Assembly: GCA_910577075.1 (NCBI GenBank)
Contig: CAJTKV010000005.1
Location: 680 to 64,679 of the forward strand
Direction of reading: 5' to 3'
Source of the DNA: an uncultured Bacilli bacterium
GTDB taxonomy: Bacteria; Bacillota_I; Bacilli_A; RF39; UBA660
DNA length: 64,000 nt
Shown: positions 59,703-64,000 of the stretch, piece by piece
Layout of the letters: every line of letters begins with the position of its first letter
Position numbering within the stretch: position 1 is the stretch's first letter
Made by a program: the position numbers and the translations under genes
Notes under the pieces: generated by a model
The model's database searches: none
What the model was told of the DNA's origin: nothing
What the model saw: the letters and a program-made list of their open reading frames with translations, nothing else

Positions 59703-60318
59703 TTATAATAATGAACTTAGACCTTGATTTTTTAGGGGTTTACTTATTTCTAAAAATGCCTCTTTGTCTAATTCGTGAACGACATTTTCTTCTTCCCTTG
59801 AATAATCATAAATCGGAAGTTCGCATTTCAATTGTTGCATTATTTCAAGCATCGTACGAAATCTTTTTAATAAAAATAAATTACCACTTTTAGCCCAGTC
59901 ATAGACCATGCATTCAAAGCCAATAATCTTGTCTGGCGATATTTTGTCATATACCTGATACTCATCGGACCAAGCGGTATAACGCAATGGCAAAGGAGTA
60001 CGATTAAATAGACGATAGAAGTTGGATTTTTTGCATTTTATGACCTTTAGATTATCTAAAATTACAAGTGGCCCTGAATTTTTATATCTTGTTAGTGCAC
60101 GATCTTCTCCATCAATATCTTTGGCAATGCTAACGTAATATTTGCCATTTAAACCAAAATTGGGACACGGAAAACTCAAATGGCGCTTTGATAAAATTCC
60201 TTTTTCTAAGATATCAGAGACAAGAGCAAAGTCAAAGCCGTGATAAAACCAATCCGGGTTTTTTTATAATGATATCTTTTTCAATTTTATCTAATTCGCC
60301 TAAATCAATACTATCCAT
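59703..60318 (-). pseudogene. PARP-like (H-Y-E class) mono-ADP-ribosyltransferase, about 204 aa, split by a frameshift at an A7 tract (possibly phase-variable or a sequencing error)
   Basis: GAGGGA RBS before MDSIDLGELDKIEKDIIIKK. After the A7 tract the frame shifts into ..PDWFYHGFDFALVSDILEKGILS (compare PARP1 [22 protein letters not shown]). Further motifs are [11 protein letters not shown] (compare FGKGIYFA) and WSDEYQVYD (compare LYNEYIVYD, the catalytic Glu). Confidence 0.55.
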
Positions 60319-60472
60319 AATTATCCCTCGGTTGTGTATTTTAACATATTTATGATATTTTAACAAATTATAAAGGAGGGATTTTTAATCTCTAATATAA
60401 ATAGTGTTACTAGTTTTTGACAGCGATAAAAAAGAATGTTAAAATAGGTTCCAACAAACGGAAGGTGATTGT

Positions 60473-61030
60473 ATGTTTGATTTGAAAGATCTATTAGAAG
60501 TGTTAGAAAGTATTTTATCAGAAGATCTCAGTAAACCCTTTGTCTTTGGACATGGAATAATAACTGAGCAACAAATTGCCTTTGATAAAGAAGCTTTGGA
60601 GAATAATAAGGCAAGAATTGCTTCCTTGCTTAAATACCTTGGGATTGCTGGACTTTCATCTGTGACTTTAGAAAGATTAACTAAGTTAAAAAATGGAGAT
60701 ACATGGAATGAACTGCAAACTAAAGAAGAATTTGAGGCTTTAGAATATTTACTAGCTTGCTCTGATGCTTGTGGTTTCATCGTCAATAATATTTTGACAA
60801 GTCAAAAAAATTGTTTTGAACTAGGTAGTATAAGTTCTATTTTAACGTCTGATTTTGGAGAGAGATTTTATAACGGTATTACTGGAGAATGGTTAAAAAC
60901 GTTAAGAGAAGAAGTAATAGGAAAAATGCATTTTTCTGTCAATGGTGAAAAGATTAACGAATATGCAACCTTGGAAAACTCTTCTGCTAATAAAAGTTTA
61001 GCAAAGACGATAGAGCAAGCACAGATTTAA
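60473..61030 (+). CDS. Hypothetical protein (185 aa), divergent from the ART gene
   Basis: TTGACA-17-TAAAAT promoter and a GGAAGGTGA RBS. Confidence 0.45.
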   Translation: MFDLKDLLEVLESILSEDLSKPFVFGHGIITEQQIAFDKEALENNKARIASLLKYLGIAGLSSVTLERLTKLKNGDTWNELQTKEEFEALEYLLACSDACGFIVNNILTSQKNCFELGSISSILTSDFGERFYNGITGEWLKTLREEVIGKMHFSVNGEKINEYATLENSSANKSLAKTIEQAQI

Positions 61031-61099
61031 ATTTTTGATTCATCTTTATTATTAAGCATTTTAAAAGGTAGTTGGAAATAATGAATTTCAGCTACCTTT

Positions 61100-61681
61100 T
61101 TATTTTAATGAGTTTTGTTGAATTGATTTACTCAAATGCTCTTCTTCAAATTTTTTAATTGATTCTCTTGTGTTTATTAGATATCTACAACTTGGTTCTT
61201 CATTATCATCTATCTTGTCTTTAAAAGTTCCAAAGTTGTTTTCTATTACCTTTTTTGAGGGAGTATTCCAACCTCGACAACTTATCATAACCTCCTCTAT
61301 TCCCAACTCAAAACACTTCTTTATAAGTAAGTGACAGGCGATTGTTCCATAACCTTGATTTCTATATTTGGGATGGATTGAATAACTAATATGACCAGCA
61401 TAGTTTTTAAATTTTTCATCTAATTCAGGGTTGGCATTGTAAGTACATAAACCGATTATTTTATTATTGTCAATTAGCCAGCAAAAATTATTGCTAACTC
61501 CATTTGTACCGATTCCTCTTCTATGCTCATCCCATACTTTTAATTTCTCTTCATAGTTTTCTCTTGAAACTCCATGATAATTGGGAAACATTTTTTTGTA
61601 TTCTTCCTCATATTCAATAAGCATATTCATATCTTCAATGCTTGGATACTTTAGATACACTGATTTTAATTTTTCTCTCAT
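61100..61681 (-). CDS. GNAT-family N-acetyltransferase
   Basis: Acetyl-CoA binding segment HRRGIG...QGYGTIACHLLIKKCFELGIEEVMISC. Confidence 0.7.
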   Translation of the reverse strand: MREKLKSVYLKYPSIEDMNMLIEYEEEYKKMFPNYHGVSRENYEEKLKVWDEHRRGIGTNGVSNNFCWLIDNNKIIGLCTYNANPELDEKFKNYAGHISYSIHPKYRNQGYGTIACHLLIKKCFELGIEEVMISCRGWNTPSKKVIENNFGTFKDKIDDNEEPSCRYLINTRESIKKFEEEHLSKSIQQNSLK

Positions 61682-61708
61682 TTAAAATCACCTCAAATTG
61701 ATATTTTC

Positions 61709-62371
61709 TTAAGAATTCATATTTTTCTTAGCTTCTTTATTCCACTTGATTATTCCATAAAAATTTATTACTAAATAAGAAATAGAAACGAGTAACATCA
61801 TAAATGAGCCCTCGCCCTTGGATATAAAAGTTATAAGCCATATGGAGAGGTCAATAGTATTATTTATTAACCATATCCACCAACATTCTTTAAATCTTAG
61901 AATACCTAAAATTACAGCACATAGGTTTATCGTGTTGGATGAGGCATCCATGAATGCTATTCTTTGATCAGGAATGAGGGTTAATAAGTAACTTATTATT
62001 AGACTTCCAAGAATACAAGATATGGTTATGATAATAGAATTTCTTAAAGTGAATTCGCGAACTTTAACATTTTTATTTTCATCTAGGTTTTTTCCCCAAG
62101 ATATATATCCTTGTATTTGAATTATGGGACAAACGATCATGCCAAAGAAAAATAACCCATAAAGATGATTTTTAAAGGAAATCAAACCAATAAGCAAGTA
62201 GTTAATTAAACCATAGATATAACTTATTCTTTTGCCTTCACTAGAAAAATAGGAACACATAAGGGCTGTAAAAAGAGCAAGACCTCCTATTAATAAATCA
62301 TGCGACATTAAACCAGTAGTTATCGATAATAACATAAATATTATTGTTATTGTAGTACTTTTCCTGTCCAT
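61709..62371 (-). CDS. PnuC-family nicotinamide-riboside (or related vitamin) transporter
   Basis: About 220 aa and 7 TM helices, with Trp-rich segments (ECWWIWLINN, YGIIKW) typical of PnuC. Confidence 0.5.
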   Translation of the reverse strand: MDRKSTTITIIFMLLSITTGLMSHDLLIGGLALFTALMCSYFSSEGKRISYIYGLINYLLIGLISFKNHLYGLFFFGMIVCPIIQIQGYISWGKNLDENKNVKVREFTLRNSIIITISCILGSLIISYLLTLIPDQRIAFMDASSNTINLCAVILGILRFKECWWIWLINNTIDLSIWLITFISKGEGSFMMLLVSISYLVINFYGIIKWNKEAKKNMNS

Positions 62372-62462
62372 TTTGATGCTCCTTTTTTTGATTATAACAA
62401 AACCCTAAAATAAAAAGCAAATAATAATTGTCTTTTTGATTTATTATAATTAATTTGTGTAT

Positions 62463-62490
62463 AAAAAAAAGCGAGAGCTTACGCTCTCTT
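62463..62490 (-). terminator. Rho-independent terminator between recG and pnuC
   Basis: GAGAGC-GTAA-GCTCTC followed by GC and U8 on the minus strand. Confidence 0.45.
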
Positions 62491-62597
62491 CAGGGGGTTT
62501 TGGTTGATCTAGCTTAACATTAGTATAATCGTTAAACTAGGATCAGTATGATATTGCTACCATACTATACTAAGTTTATATGATTTTGGGTTGTTTG

Positions 62598-64000
62598 TCA
62601 ATTGTTATTCATTAATTGGTCGACAATATGACGGTAATATGCGTAATCTCTAAAGTTGTTTTCGATATTATTATCGAGAAATTCTTGACTATCTGACTTG
62701 CATTGAAGAAGAATTTTATAATCATTATGAATATCAGCTATTTTAAATACCATATCTCCACTTTGACGTATACCAAACAAGTCACCGCTTCCTCTTAGTT
62801 TAAAGTCACATTCAGATATATAAAATCCATCATTGCTCTCTTCTAAGACATGTAGTCTTTCTGATTCTTTGTCACTTATCAATAAACACTTGGATTGAAG
62901 ACTATTTCTTCCTACTCGACCACGTAGCTGATGTAATGTCGCTAGGCCAAATCTTTCGGCATTGAAGATGGCTATCATAGTAGCATTTTGGACATCCACA
63001 CCAACTTCAATAACAGTTGTCGATACTAATACTTCTAATTTACCAGATTTGAAATTGTTCATTATCGCATCTTTTTCTGATGCTTTCATCTTACCATGAA
63101 GTGTTCCTATATTATGCTTGTTTTTAAAATGGCTTTTTAGTATTCCTTCTATTTTTAAGATATCGTTTAATTCGGTGTCCTCGTTTTCTTCAATAAGGGG
63201 AGCGATGACATATACTTGGTGTTTTAAACTTAATTCTTCTTCTATCTCTTGAATTATCTTAGTTATTTCATCAAACTTGTAGACTTTCGTCAAGATATCT
63301 TTTCTTCCCGAAGGTTTTTGTTTAATCATGGAGATGTCCATGTCGCCATAGATTGTTAGGGCATAGGTTCTTGGTATAGGTGTTGCTGACATGTAAAGAA
63401 CATCAACTGCCTGACCCTTATTTTGGAGTTTCTTGCGCTGATTAACGCCAAAACGATGTTGTTCATCCGTTATTACTAGGCCAATATTTTTAAATTCGAC
63501 ATTTTCTTCTAAAATAGCATGTGTTCCAATTAACAAATCGATGTTTCCTTGTTTTAATTCTTCGATGATGGTTTCTTTTTCCTTTTTAGTTTGGGAGCCA
63601 ACTAAAATGGCAACATTGATATTGGGAAATAAACTTTTAAAATTATCATAATGTTGATGAGCTAATACTTCAGTAGGAGCAAGCATAGCACTTTGATATC
63701 CTACCTTTTGATTTAACAAGATGGCAATAAAACTAACTATGGTTTTACCACTTCCAACATCCCCAAGAATAAGACGATTCATTCTTCTTTCATGATTAAA
63801 ATCACTAATTATATCTTTAACTGCTTCTAATTGATCACTCGTTAGAGCAAAAGGAAGGTTATCTATGACATCGTCAAGATATTCTGGTTTGATATTTTTT
63901 ATGACAAAATTATCAAATATTTGATTCTTAAATTTCATAAGATTTATCTTGAACATAAAGGCAAACAGTTCTTCATATTTTAATTTCAACTTTGCCTGTT
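62598..64000 (-). CDS. recG: ATP-dependent DNA helicase RecG (C-terminal helicase part; N-terminus beyond the window)
   Basis: ILGDVGSGKT (Walker A), DEQHRFGV (DEQH box) and helicase C motifs. The reading frame is open to the window end. Confidence 0.8.
   Translation of the reverse strand, partial: QAKLKLKYEELFAFMFKINLMKFKNQIFDNFVIKNIKPEYLDDVIDNLPFALTSDQLEAVKDIISDFNHERRMNRLILGDVGSGKTIVSFIAILLNQKVGYQSAMLAPTEVLAHQHYDNFKSLFPNINVAILVGSQTKKEKETIIEELKQGNIDLLIGTHAILEENVEFKNIGLVITDEQHRFGVNQRKKLQNKGQAVDVLYMSATPIPRTYALTIYGDMDISMIKQKPSGRKDILTKVYKFDEITKIIQEIEEELSLKHQVYVIAPLIEENEDTELNDILKIEGILKSHFKNKHNIGTLHGKMKASEKDAIMNNFKSGKLEVLVSTTVIEVGVDVQNATMIAIFNAERFGLATLHQLRGRVGRNSLQSKCLLISDKESERLHVLEESNDGFYISECDFKLRGSGDLFGIRQSGDMVFKIADIHNDYKILLQCKSDSQEFLDNNIENNFRDYAYYRHIVDQLMNNN

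Noticed and set aside
1-64000. CRISPR arrays, rRNA or other large ncRNAs
   Set aside because: No run of regularly spaced direct repeats and no rRNA-like conserved blocks were seen. The intergenic regions are short apart from those described.

Overview
This is a low-GC (Firmicutes/Erysipelotrichia- or Mollicutes-like) chromosomal segment that uses the standard genetic code; a TGA=Trp code was not tested. It is mostly core genes mixed with accessory loci. Recognisable core genes include lgt, uvrA, dusB, a PduL-type phosphotransacylase, a WecA/TagO-family transferase, rluA-family, cobB, vanY-like, addB-addA, rubrerythrin, dacA-like and recG. The window opens inside a large serine recombinase on the minus strand, which marks the edge of an integrated element. 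Next to it lie small membrane peptides, an ECF sigma/anti-sigma pair and a Cys-rich collagen-like micro-ORF. One tRNA, tRNA-Glu(CUC), is embedded in a same-strand block of four uncharacterised acidic proteins. Other loci are a Bce-like TCS+ABC module whose OmpR-type regulator carries a frameshift, two MerR-family regulators with textbook 19-bp-spacer promoters, a MATE efflux protein fused to a cytidylate-kinase-like domain with a 5'-UTR attenuator hairpin, and a strongly divergent PurA-family enzyme. The most striking locus is at 57.4-60.3 kb. There a bacterial polynucleotide kinase-phosphatase-ligase (Pnkp) has no Hen1 partner. It sits immediately downstream of a ~200-aa PARP-like H-Y-E ADP-ribosyltransferase gene that is interrupted by a frameshift at an A7 tract. 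I did not find this pairing described. No CRISPR array or rRNA was found.
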